Source: Auanema rhodensis
Taxonomy: Eukaryota; Animalia; Nematoda
Assembly: GCA_964057225.1 (NCBI GenBank)
Contig: OZ059895.1
Span: 7,130,001-7,194,000, forward strand
Length of the DNA stretch: 64,000 bases
Reading direction: 5' to 3'
Numbering within the stretch: the first letter of the stretch is position 1; the number at the start of each line of letters is the position of its first letter. The position numbers and the translations under genes were made by a program. The notes under the pieces were generated by a model. It did no database searches. It worked only from the letters and a program-made list of their open reading frames with translations, and was not told the DNA's origin. This document shows, piece after piece, positions 1-17,538 of this stretch.

Positions 1-760
1 TATCAACACGTCACCAGGACCCGGAATTTGTAAGACGACAATGAGGAACATCATTTTCATGATTTCGCTACCACTCTAATAAAATGGAAGGTTTAAATAA
101 GAACTCAAAATACTGTAAATTCAAGAAGCTGACACACTAGCGCAAGAAAAAGTAAGTAGACAACAGCAAATGAGGTTCCTTATTAATTCATATTTGGCAT
201 ACCTGAACAAGAACTTCTAACTCTGACGTCGAAAGGGTACTTAGACTAGTCTTCCCTGACATTAAACCTCGACGAAGCTTAATATACGTTTTGATATCAT
301 TTAAACACCATTTGGATCCTTTGAAAGAGAACGTTTATCTTTTTAAGAAAATACACATACATACCTTCAAAAACCAATTTGTTCAAAGCAGCTACTTTTG
401 GCCATTTCTCTAAAAAGTTTTCCCATTTAAATCGAAGAGAGGTTGGGTCTGGAGGAGCAACCGGTGGAGGACCAGCAGAAGTAAATCTGGAAACAATTAA
501 ATAAATAAAAAACAAAAACTTTGTAAAGAATGCAACTGCATTCGCATATATCAATCTAGGAATGAGAAGCATAACGATTAGTTGGAAAGCAATTGGATTT
601 AGGATTCCAGTTCAGTTATGGGTGAACTAACAATTCAAAAACTCGTTCAATTTGCTATTTGCTATGGAAATAGGAAATAATACCTTATAGATGTTCTAAA
701 TGAAGTCAGAGTAGGCAGGCGTAAAACCACAGTGGGATTCAAGGCTCTTCTTAACGACAT
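1..760 (-). CDS. LETMD1-like (LETM1 domain-containing) mitochondrial protein, 5' part; runs off the window start
   Basis: Spliced translation: MSLRRALNPTVVLRLPTLTSFRTSIR (Arg/Ser/Leu-rich, presequence-like) | FTSAGPPPVAPPDPTSLRFKWENFLEKWPKVAALNKLVFEG | SKWCLNDIKTYIKLRRGL...SELEVLVQ | SGSEIMKMMFLIVVLQIPGPG. This resembles the LETMD1 region 'KYENYL...KGLQMLWAD...DVTKCLFLGIISIPPF'. TTGCAG acceptor just before the ATG at 760. Confidence 0.65.
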
Positions 761-1049
761 CCTGCAAGCAAAATCGTATTATTGTAAATATAAGAAAAAG
801 TATAAATGAGAGCAAATACTGAACAGGTTATAAACCCCACGAACATACCATAACCAAGAAAAAGCGTTTGAGTACAATTTATTATTATTAATGATACAGG
901 TAATCAGTTAATGAAAGAACAGAACAATTGAGAACAGTTACTATTATGGAGACTAGTAAGAATTAATGAAAAAATAATAAATATCAGGCAAGAAGTTAAT
1001 TATTATGGCAACAATTCTACACCAAGAAATTTAAGTACCCATTTTGCAC

Positions 1050-1088
1050 ATATAAATATACATATATACATATATGTATATATATATA
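1050..1088. repeat. Imperfect (TA)n microsatellite
   Basis: atataaatatacatatatacatatatgtatatatatata, between gras-1 and the LETMD1-like gene. Confidence 0.6.
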
Positions 1089-1279
1089 TTTTTTATTATT
1101 ATGAAAGATGACAGAAGTGCATACACGCTATATTCTTAAACGCCTAATACGTGCTGAAAAAACAAACAAACGGAAATTATGATACAGTCTTTTGTACAAA
1201 ATCAGAACTCTGGAAAATAAATATTCTCTTTTTATATTCGTGTTATTTCTTTTTCTTTCTGTGAACAAGGATGTAAAAA

Positions 1280-2491
1280 TCACAAACGTGTTATTTCGGC
1301 GGCTAACGAATTACCACTATCAGCTCTCTTCAAAGAACAGGCCTTATCAACACAGTATGAATCCGATAGGTCACCGAGAGTAGGTGATGGGTCGTCAGGA
1401 TGGTCAGGCTCTATTCCCTGTGAAATCATTGAATCCCCACCAGGACACAAGCCCGGCAACGAAGAGCCCGAAGTGTTAGCAGAGTCGCTAGTTAAAGCTA
1501 GTTGCTTGGGGGCAAATTCTGTAAACAAGCGGCAATAGGAGTTATATTCAAAAAATAACGATATTACCATATTTATCAACAATTTTCTTTTCTTCTCGTT
1601 CCAAAGCTTCTAGCATTTTTTGTTTTTCTCTCAATATATATTGCAGTTGAAGTGAACGAGCCGACAACTGAATAATTCGAGCAATATTCTGAACCAAAAA
1701 TATAGTTTAAGTTTGAAACTTGGAAGGCCTACTTGGAACAACACTACTAATCTCATTTGTAGCTGAGATGATATTATGCTTACTAGTGATGAATGTGATT
1801 CACCAATAACTGAGACACCATTAACGGCTATTACTACATCGCCTATAATCAATTATCTAGTTTTAAAATTGACAAGGAGTTTTAACCTCTCCTTATACCA
1901 GCTTTCGAAGCTGGGGCTCCATCTTGAACATAATCTACATAAGTAATACGTTCCACGGAATTTGTCCCACGTTTGAAAACGTATGACTGAACAAGATTAT
2001 GTGAACGGAATAGGTATCTAATAGCTTACTTGCAAGGCAAACCCAAAAGATTCATTCAGAGAACTTCTGATTACAACTACTGTTCTTCTTTTGTTGTTAA
2101 ACTCTGGAAACGGAAGTATTGACTGGTCTACATCAAATTTTCCATTATCCTCAAAAATATAATTTCAATATGACATTCTACTTAAAGATCTTACACTGTT
2201 CAATGTTAAATTTAATGAAACATCATCTCTTAAACTTCCAGAAGCCGACGATGGGCTACCACCGGATTCAGAAGAACGAAATCGTGCTAGTGGACCACTA
2301 CTACGAGAACGAGAGGAAATTGTGCTTCTGGAAATAATATTATACAAGAAACTATTACACACATAAATAACAAGTGTATGTAGGTCACCCGACGCCATAG
2401 CGCAGATAGCATACGAAATTGAAACAAGAATGATATGAAAAGCAAAAGACTTTAATGTTAAAAGATAAAAAAAAGTACCTAGTCCTAGCAT
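1280..2491 (-). CDS. gras-1: GRASP/tamalin/CYTIP-family PDZ + coiled-coil scaffold protein
   Basis: Exons give [20 protein letters not shown]|[34 protein letters not shown]|[23 protein letters not shown] (PDZ), then [23 protein letters not shown] (tamalin-like coiled coil). Stop at 1280 after EITRL. The first exon/start codon is unresolved; 2491 is tentative because its splice phase did not fit cleanly. Confidence 0.8.
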
Positions 2492-2794
2492 CTGAAAAAG
2501 GAGACCAGCTCATCATTTGAACAGCGTTGAACAAGCTTACAGAAGCATTAGAAGTAGCTAAACAACAAACAAGTATATAGCAAAACATGAAAACAAAAGA
2601 ATTAAAGTAGAATGTAGACAAAACTACTGAATGAAATCAATGTCATTTTCAATCTTTCTTTCGAAGAAATTTAATAACATTTGAATTCTTTCCCCCCAAT
2701 TAGGGAAGCACACGTATGAAAATATATAGAATAAAAATAAATAAAATTAGACAGAGATCAAATCAGTCGATATTCTTGGTTGGATAAAGGCACT

Positions 2795-3510
2795 TCAAAC
2801 CCGTCCCATTGGATACACAAACGTCAGGAAATCACTCCAAGGCAGGCCCAAAGATCGATAACTCTGAATTAGCTGGATGAAAGATGATTATAAGAGAATT
2901 CTTTAAGTCATTCCAAGTATAGCATATTAGTTAATTAGTTTTCCGTCAAATTCAACTCAGAACAAACGAACCTAATCTTAAAGTCGTATAATTACAACTT
3001 CTCATTACTAATTTTACTTTCCGGCAAAATGATTGAGTAAAGGCGGTAAGACATAGAATATGTCATTAAATTTATAGACTAGTTAAATACCGCTCGATCT
3101 AATTCGATCATCAAAGTAAAAAAACCAATATTAGAGAAAGTAATAAAAACAAAATAAAACTTCAAAAAAATGATAAGAAACCTGGAAATACAACTCCCAT
3201 GCCACAATTGCAAAGGTCCAAAAGATAACACCTGCACAGCTCAAATACAGATATCTAAAATTGAAACGAAGGATTATAAATTAAATATAAAAATATAAAA
3301 CCTTTTCATTTCTTTACGCTCTGGTGTTAGTGGATTGCAGAAAGCTTCAGTAAAGAACCAGAAAATGTTAGTTAGCCAGACCAAAGGTAAACAACATAGT
3401 CCGATGTAGAAATATCTTAAAAACAAAACAAAATAACTCTAAAAAATATGCTAAACTTACTTTCTACATATATTAAGCTTTTCATTCGATGGCAACTTAG
3501 AAATATCCAT
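2795..3510 (-). CDS. pen-2: Gamma-secretase subunit PEN-2
   Basis: Four exons: MDISKLPSNEKLNICRK|YFYIGLCCLPLVWLTNIFWFFTEAF...|...AWELYFQ|SYRSLGLPWSDFLTFVYPMGRV*. Matches PEN-2 motifs 'EKLNLCRKYY..LPFLWLVNIFWFF' and the C-terminal 'DYLSFTIPLG'. Confidence 0.95.
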
Positions 3511-3768
3511 ATTTGTCAAAAATAGATGAAAATTGATTAGTAGCCTGCAGTGCAGAAAACACTGGTTGCGTACTTACGCACAACGTACACATCCGATATT
3601 TTTAAGTATTAAGTCAGTGAACCTTTTATATATTTACATATCTTTGTTTAAAATTAATTCACAAGCTTCATTCAACTAAATAGTAATATTGAGTTCATGG
3701 TACAGATTAAAAAACGTTTCTATATAAAAATAACTGTTCAAAAGATAAAAATTGATTTACAATGGTCT

Positions 3769-4959
3769 TTAAAATCTTCTCAGAATCGAGTCCTGTTGAT
3801 ATTTGCTTAAAGGCTCAATATCTTTCTTATCCTGAAAACAATATTTATTATAAGATTACATCTAAATTCATAATATACATCATATTGTGAAAAAGAAGCT
3901 GGTTCAATAGTATCTACGGCCTAAAATAATATATTATGATCTCAAAAAAAAAACATGAGTTACATGTTCCATTCTATTTAGTAATCGTCGAAATGCGGCA
4001 CATTTGGACAATTCAGTAATGAAATGTTTTAATTCCAATGTAGACATCTCGGAAATATCAATCTGCTCATCTGTTTGAGATCCTACATCCTAAAAATAAT
4101 AGTTCAGGTAAACTACACTTCTATATTTCTGTGTTTAAAGCCTACAGAAGTGGATTTTATGGTAGTATTAGCAGACATGGGTGTGTTCCTATAGTTGTTT
4201 CCATAATAGGCTTGCTAAAAATTAAACTATATAAGTTTTGATAAGAACACTTCGAACATTTCCATAAGGAGGTGTTGGCGATGGATTGTACACAGGAGAA
4301 GGATTATATAAAGGTGAATTGATATATCCTGGAGAAGATTGAGATTCTGAGCCCGAACCAAACATCTGTCAAATTTCAAAAATATATGAATTAGAATCGA
4401 ATACTTACATCATAGCTATCACTGTACTTGTATATTTCTTGCGATGGGGAAGGAGAATGATTTGACACATTTGATACTTCTGAGCTTCCTCTTGATTTAC
4501 TCTAGATTTATAACAATTAGCTTAAATCAGTATAGCATTCCTTACCGTATGCTCTTGAACATGTGTGAATTGAGAAATAACTGCAGATATTTCACGTGTA
4601 TCATTCATATTTTGGGTTCTGAACCTAAAGCGTATATCACTTTCCCTGATCTTGAGTGATACATAGAATGATAGATCCCGAAACCTGAAAAATAAATTAA
4701 TAACAGCACCAAAGCAAAAAAAAAACCTAATTACAGGAAATGGTTCGCGAAGTGGAACTTGGTGAAGAGTACGATTACCATGTGAAAGAACCAGAAGTTT
4801 AGCTGATTTTTGTATGATCAGGTACAAATCATGTTCCTACATATAATAATGTGAAAACAGACATAGTAATGTACTCACCAGTACAACGGGATTGTTACTA
4901 GGAAATCGTAAATCAGTATATTTTGAAAGTTTCCAGCTTTGTTCTCGAGTCCACGACAT
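3769..4959 (-). CDS. REC114 / DSB-1-like meiotic double-strand-break factor
   Basis: N-terminal PH-like region: WKLSKY...LLVLSHGNRTLHQVPL...RFRFR...ISQFTHVQ (compare REC114 WPLQRY...FQGQTLLEGFSL...RLFRVQF...LAQYITVQ). Ser/Pro-rich linker with SQ sites. C-terminal helix LKHFITELSKCAAFRRLLNRMEHAV (compare REC114 L..FLRLCLMD.NFPAFVEEVE). All splice phases are consistent. Confidence 0.7.
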
Positions 4960-5220
4960 TTTGGTTAAAATATAAGATATTTAATACTTATTTATCAAGC
5001 TTGGCTTTATTTAAATCTGGCGCTTAACATGCCAGCCAGGACCATTTTTTAACACCCTTTAACAATTAACACTAAATCATTAACATTTTTTTCATAGACT
5101 TTATTAATTAAATCATGCAAACATTAATACAACAAATAATTGGTACTGTATAAAAAAACAAAAATTCTAACAAACTATTGAAGATGCTATAATTACATAA
5201 AACAAGGACTAAAATACCTA

Positions 5221-6220
5221 TTAAGCTTTTTTCTTTTTCGGCAAACGCACCTGTGGATGAATTCTTCTCAATGTGTTTATATAAATATATCTGAAAGATA
5301 CGAGATAACCTTCTTTCAAAAAAAAAAAACGTTTTCGAATTATTTATAGAATAGTATTCAAAAGGTGATTGAGTAGTAACTCTATTCACTTTCAACTCAC
5401 CGAGAAAAAAGCATGAACAAAATTCGAAACCAAACTAGCTGTGACCTATGAGACGCCATAGCATTCCAACAAGCAATAATATCACGACCCCAGGCAAAAT
5501 AACGGTAGGGGGAACGAAGAACAGAAATTGGGGAATCAAATAAACCAATATATCTGAAAAATAAAAATAAAAACGGAAACAGATTAAAGTAAGACTTTCT
5601 CCATAGAGGGACAGACTCTAAGACAAAAATCTGAACATCTTGTGGAATAACGCCATTTGTATAGGCGTCTTGCAAGGCCTCAAAGCAAGATATGTGATTA
5701 TGATGACCAGAGACTCCATAACCATCAAATGAAATGACACAATCAACATCTAATATCTATAATAATTTAATGAGTTTACAACACTGCTAAAACTAAAAAA
5801 CCTCCATATGCCTCAAAATGATATTACTCATGGATACTTTCTCCCATTCTTGTCCATCTTGAAACATATCATAATCTAGAATAGTGACATCTCCTGGTAG
5901 TACACCAAGATACTGAACAGCCTTTTGCAACTCTCTGCTACGAAGAGAACCCTTAAGAAAACATTGGCATATATAATATACGCTAAACTGACCTGTCCAT
6001 AAAAATTTCCATTAGAAACACAAAGCATAAAAACACGATGACCAGAAAGTCGTAAGGCACGTAATATAGGAGAAAAAAACATAGTTTCATCATCAGGATG
6101 AGCAATAACAAGCAATATACGAGAAGTTGATGAAAGAGGTAAGGGTCGTCCACCACGAAAAGAGAATAAAAGCAGAATTATTAGCAAGAGAAGAATCAAC
6201 AGAACAATTATAGGAATCAT
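5221..6220 (-). CDS. pigl-1: GlcNAc-PI de-N-acetylase PIG-L (GPI biosynthesis)
   Basis: N-terminal TM segment; catalytic motifs LLVIAHPDDETMFFSP and SFDGYGVSGHHNH; HRSQLVWFR..FSRYIYINTL. Five exons, ending KKKKA*. Confidence 0.95.
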
Positions 6221-6222
6221 TA

Positions 6223-6789
6223 TTACTGCTTTTCTGCTGGAGCAGAGATAGTAGATTCGTCTTTTTTCTCTATACTATTGATCAAATCCTCAAAACTTTG
6301 AGAGTTTTTGCTTTGAGGTAATCTTAAGGAATCTCCGAAGGATCTTTTCATCGCTGAGCCAAACTGGCGAGGAGTGTTTACGTCGAGTATCCAAGATACA
6401 CCTACCACAAACAAGGAAAAGCCAGAAACTGCAAAGAGCACACATTTGAGGTCACTTAGTTTAACTGACCAGTAATAAGAGTAGAAATAGCTAAAGCTTT
6501 GGAAGCGAATCCTACACCTGATACTAACTGAGCTCTTGCCAAATCAGCTGCTTCCTTATGTCTTGTATGCTTATATGCACTTCTTATCCCAAATACCAAT
6601 GAGGTGAATGAAGCAACACCAAGTACTGAAACATATTTTATCTAGCGTTATAAGGATTATAAGCGCACCTCCTTTCACAATAGTTGAAGAGATTTTAGAG
6701 TCAACACTATCAGCAGCACGCGCAACGGAACGGAGGGTGGATTGGGTAACAGATCCCCCTAATTCCTCCTTTACAGAAGCATTCTCCAT
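6223..6789 (-). CDS. TMEM242 (DUF1358) mitochondrial membrane protein
   Basis: Three exons: ...LGAASFTSLVFGIRSAYK...SGVGFASKALAISTLITG|SGFSLFVVGVSWILDVNTPRQFGSAMKRSF. Resembles TMEM242 'SGSSLALRALGWGSL...[28 protein letters not shown]'. Confidence 0.75.
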
Positions 6790-7050
6790 ACACTAACTGA
6801 CAAAGGAACCCTCAAAAACATGGTATATGCACAGATACACTTGCAATTTTAAGTAAGAATGGATAAACCAAACTTAGACAAATCTTGAAAGACTGAACAA
6901 AGACTTTATTACATTTTCATATAACAAAATAAGCTTTGTAGCATATCATAACAAGGACTAAGAGACCAAATTACTTAGGGATTTCAGGAATTCAAAATAC
7001 ATGTGATATTAGTTTAGCTTCTGTGATGTGCACGAGATCAAAAAAACAAA

Positions 7051-8470
7051 TTAATCAGAATCAGTACTGGAACTAGGTGTGGGGCTACGTTTTCGTTCCT
7101 TCTTCTTTTTTTCCTAAGAAAACAAAAGCATTTCTTCTTAAAATAATAATTGAAACATACCTTCTTATGTTTCTTTTTTTCCTTCTTGTCTTTTTCTCTC
7201 CTATCATCTTCACCACTAGAAGCTTCTCGTTTTCTCTCTCTTCTTTTCTCTTTTTTACTTTCCCCTTCTGACTCAGAAACGCTAGAATCTCTTCTTTTTC
7301 TGTAAAAATAAGTTATATTAATTATGAACAGATAAAACTAACTTTTTACGATCAATACTATCTTCAGTAAATCGTCGCCGAGCTGGAGAACGTGAACGAG
7401 TTCTACTACGACGACGACGATGTTCCTGTCTGCGATTATCACGTTCCTCCTCGCGTTTTCTGTCCCTCTCTCTCTCCGCAGCTCTTCTTTTCAACCTTTC
7501 TTCTTCACGTCTTTTACTTTCTATCTCTCTTTCCTTACTAGTCTGACGTTCCTTTCTATTTTCTTCCCAGCGATCACCTCTTCTACCAGACTTAGATCTT
7601 CGATTGGCAAAGGGGGATCTTCTATCTCTAGATTGTCCTTGACGTGGACTCCTATCACGAGCTTGACGCGGACTTTTCTTCCTATCTGGGCTCCTCATGT
7701 TACGAGGAACAATACGGTCGTCACGAACTTCCTTTTCTTTTGTGGTTCCAGAAAAACGACCCAACGACAGATTTTGGTACCTAGGGAACACATGCTGGAA
7801 ACAATTTCAATCATCTAATGAATTTTTTTTGTTTTAATCAAAGAAAAGCTCCTGATGCAATTCAGCCAAAATTTTTAATGATTTTTTCACAAATCGAAAA
7901 GACATGCCAACCTGTTAGCCCAATCATTTTGTGCTAATGTTTTAATAGCAGGAGTAGTGGTTCCATTTGCTTCATTTTCTTTCTTCATCTCGTTGGCTTT
8001 TTTCTGTACAAGACTCGGTGGGATGCCATCACTAGATTCATATGCTTCAATAAGAAGAGCCCAAAGTTCACCCATAAATAATCGAGCAAACCGAGCATTT
8101 AAAAAACCTGTTATATTTATCTATAAAACAATATCAGTATATCAGTGAATATAACAAATTATATTACCTGCATAACTTTAGGATTAGGTTCGGAAGTTTC
8201 TAGTTGACTTATAATATATTCAATTAACACGTCGTCTTCGACTCCCAAAATTTCATTAATTTTAACTGTAATCCATGGCTTAATCACATCGAGATTTACT
8301 TTACCCATATTTATCTTAAAATAAGAAGTTAAGAAAAAAATCACGTACAATCTCACTTTTTTCTCCAAAGCAGCTTCAAATTTCATTTGCTTCAAGAGCT
8401 TTTTTTCTTTGTCCGAAAAGCGACCATCTTGGTCTGAGCTTGTTCCTCGAAAAAATCCCGCATCTGCCAT
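7051..8470 (-). CDS. rsr-1: SRm160/SRRM1 splicing coactivator (PWI domain + RS/RE-rich tail)
   Basis: MADAGFFRGTSSDQDGRFSDKEKKLLKQMKF...VNLDVIKPWIT...EDDV...NPKVMQINITGFLN...FMGELWALL is the diagnostic PWI domain. It is followed by RSP/RS repeats and a Lys-rich tail ending SSTDSD*. Confidence 0.95.
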
Positions 8471-9449
8471 CCTTTAAGGTTAAAAATTAAAAATATATCT
8501 TGAAAAGTAAATTAAAAAGCTACTAAATCAAGGCAATGTTCGAAACACCAGACGCTTTATGAACAATGTTGAGACAAACGTATACTTACGTACAATCGTA
8601 CACAGTATCGAACCAGGCGTTCACACAATATGTATGAATAAGTCGCTAAGTTTATTTCGCCACTATGTTAAAGGTATATATTTTGAATATAAATGGTACA
8701 ATTTTAAATATTAATAAGATATCTTCTATAATGAGAAAAGTACTCAAGTGCAGAGTTAGAATTAAATATAAATTGTTTTTATTACTTATATACAGGTTCG
8801 ATAAAATATATAAAGCAATATAGACTCATATAATTTATCGTTAATGATTATTAATTTGGAAATTATTAATGCTTAGCGTTAGTAACAAAAGTGTTGAATT
8901 AACACATGTTTATAACAATGTTGTAAAAAAAATCCAGGGACCTTCACAACCAACGTGTGAGCAAAAATACTTTTCAACTCCTGATTGTAAGCATGCTATA
9001 TGAAATTGATAAAAACAGTAACTATATGAAAGTAATTGGTATTGAATTTTCATTATCGTAGTAATAATAAAAATTTAATTCTTTGAAAACCCATATTAAC
9101 ACGAAGCTCAAATTCGAAGCATTCGTTTTGAGCATAATCATGGTTAAAATGACAACACAATAAATGGGTCTGAATGAAAGAAAATGGCAATCGAACAAGA
9201 AAAAATACATTATATTTGAAACCATTGATTAAGTGATCTGAAAAACACGGGTGATATGAACACTATGACTTAGTTGAAGAAAATAATAAAAATAATTAAC
9301 ATATTATACATACATATAAAAATAGCTTTCTCTTTTCTACATAAAAATTGTTTATAACTTATGAGTAAACTTTTTCGCAGATTCATATGAATCACTGGCT
9401 GAGATGATCTTGAAAACAATAAGTTAGGTGTGAATCCGATATTACCAGC

Positions 9450-15634
<6,185 letters not shown>

Positions 15635-16434
15635 ATTAGTATCCAATCATAGGAAGCATTTACCGCATTTCCCACCGGAACCTTAGATAATTAGCATAAG
15701 TAAAAATATCACAAAAAAAGATATATATTTAGAAAAAATATCAAAATTTGGGGTTTTTTCGGCTATGAACAGTACGCAAACCGCGAAGATAGTGGAGGGG
15801 TGGAGAGAAAATTCACTAGCCCCGAAAAAGCTACTGAGGTGTTAGCATACAACCGATGAGGGCCTTCTTAGCTTCGTCGTCGAGCAGGATGGTGGGCGTG
15901 GTTCAGAAGGTTTTCGAGGTCACCCTCTTCTCCTCCTCCATCTCTTCTGGTCATCTTTCAACTACTGACTAGTCAGCTAGACCATAAGACTAGCATCAAC
16001 CGCAAGCAAACATTGCTGCTAGCTGACCGCAGCAGAGCACTTCTACAAATAGATTTTCTGAGCTATGACATCCTGTGCTTCAGGCCTTCTGGGGTTTCTT
16101 TCAACTTTCGCATAACCTGCTTGCGATTCATGGCCTACGCTGATCCAAACCATATGTTTTTTTTTAGATTTTATCAAATAAAATATCAGAAATCCACAGC
16201 AAGACTTTTAAACGCATTCTTTGTCACTCTGTTTAATTTCCGTCTCTTATACTCTAACATTAAAAAACACCACCGTTCAAGTAAGATAGAAAAAAAAGTA
16301 ACCAGCATTTATGCTGTAAAGATCATAACAACAATTTGTGAAAATGGGAAGTAACAATAAACATGTAAAGGAATCGAAAAACGATAACAGAAACAACAGC
16401 AACCAAACAATATATTTCAAATATAATACATATC

Positions 16435-17110
<676 letters not shown>

Positions 17111-17538
17111 TTATTTTAAAAAATAAAAAATTTTAATGAAATTTCACGATAATACATTTTCGAACAACTCTTGAAATAACTAAACAACAGATTTTTTTAA
17201 ACTACGATTATACCTATTGTTTAGTTTTGTAGAAAACGAATTTACTACAATTCCTTATTGTGAAAAATTCCTAAGAAGCTTTCAACCAGAAATATATAAA
17301 TTACAAAGTATTCCGTAAATATTCATAAAGCTTATTATTAAAAAAGTGAAATAGTATTTTCTTTGTCCAGTAACCTTAACGGTCAGACTTGTAAACAACG
17401 TGCACACAAATCGTCCCTGAATTCATTGTTGGAAAAAATTTATAAGCGTTTGTGTATTCAGGTTGTACCTCTTTCCGTTTTTATAAAATCAATTAGCATA
17501 TTCTGGATTTTGTTTTCTGTGATGGGTTAGTGATTGTA

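Larger units (their letters stand above)
1..8470 (-). other. Predicted seven-gene trans-spliced operon: rsr-1, TMEM242, pigl-1, dsb-1-like, pen-2, gras-1, LETMD1-like
   Basis: Same strand, with stop-to-start gaps from 2 to ~520 nt. Example: the AATAAA at 6905-6910 lies ~110 nt upstream of the GTCAG acceptor before TMEM242. Confidence 0.7.

Noticed and set aside
6223-6275. -1 frameshift producing a TMEM242-PIG-L fusion (GAG AAA AAA GAC; the -1 frame is open to the PIG-L ATG)
   Set aside because: G_AAA_AAA is not a canonical slippery heptamer, I see no downstream stimulator, and the two proteins act in different organelles. Not formally excluded.
7420-7818. 132-aa plus-strand ORF
   Set aside because: Antisense shadow of the purine-rich RS domain of rsr-1.
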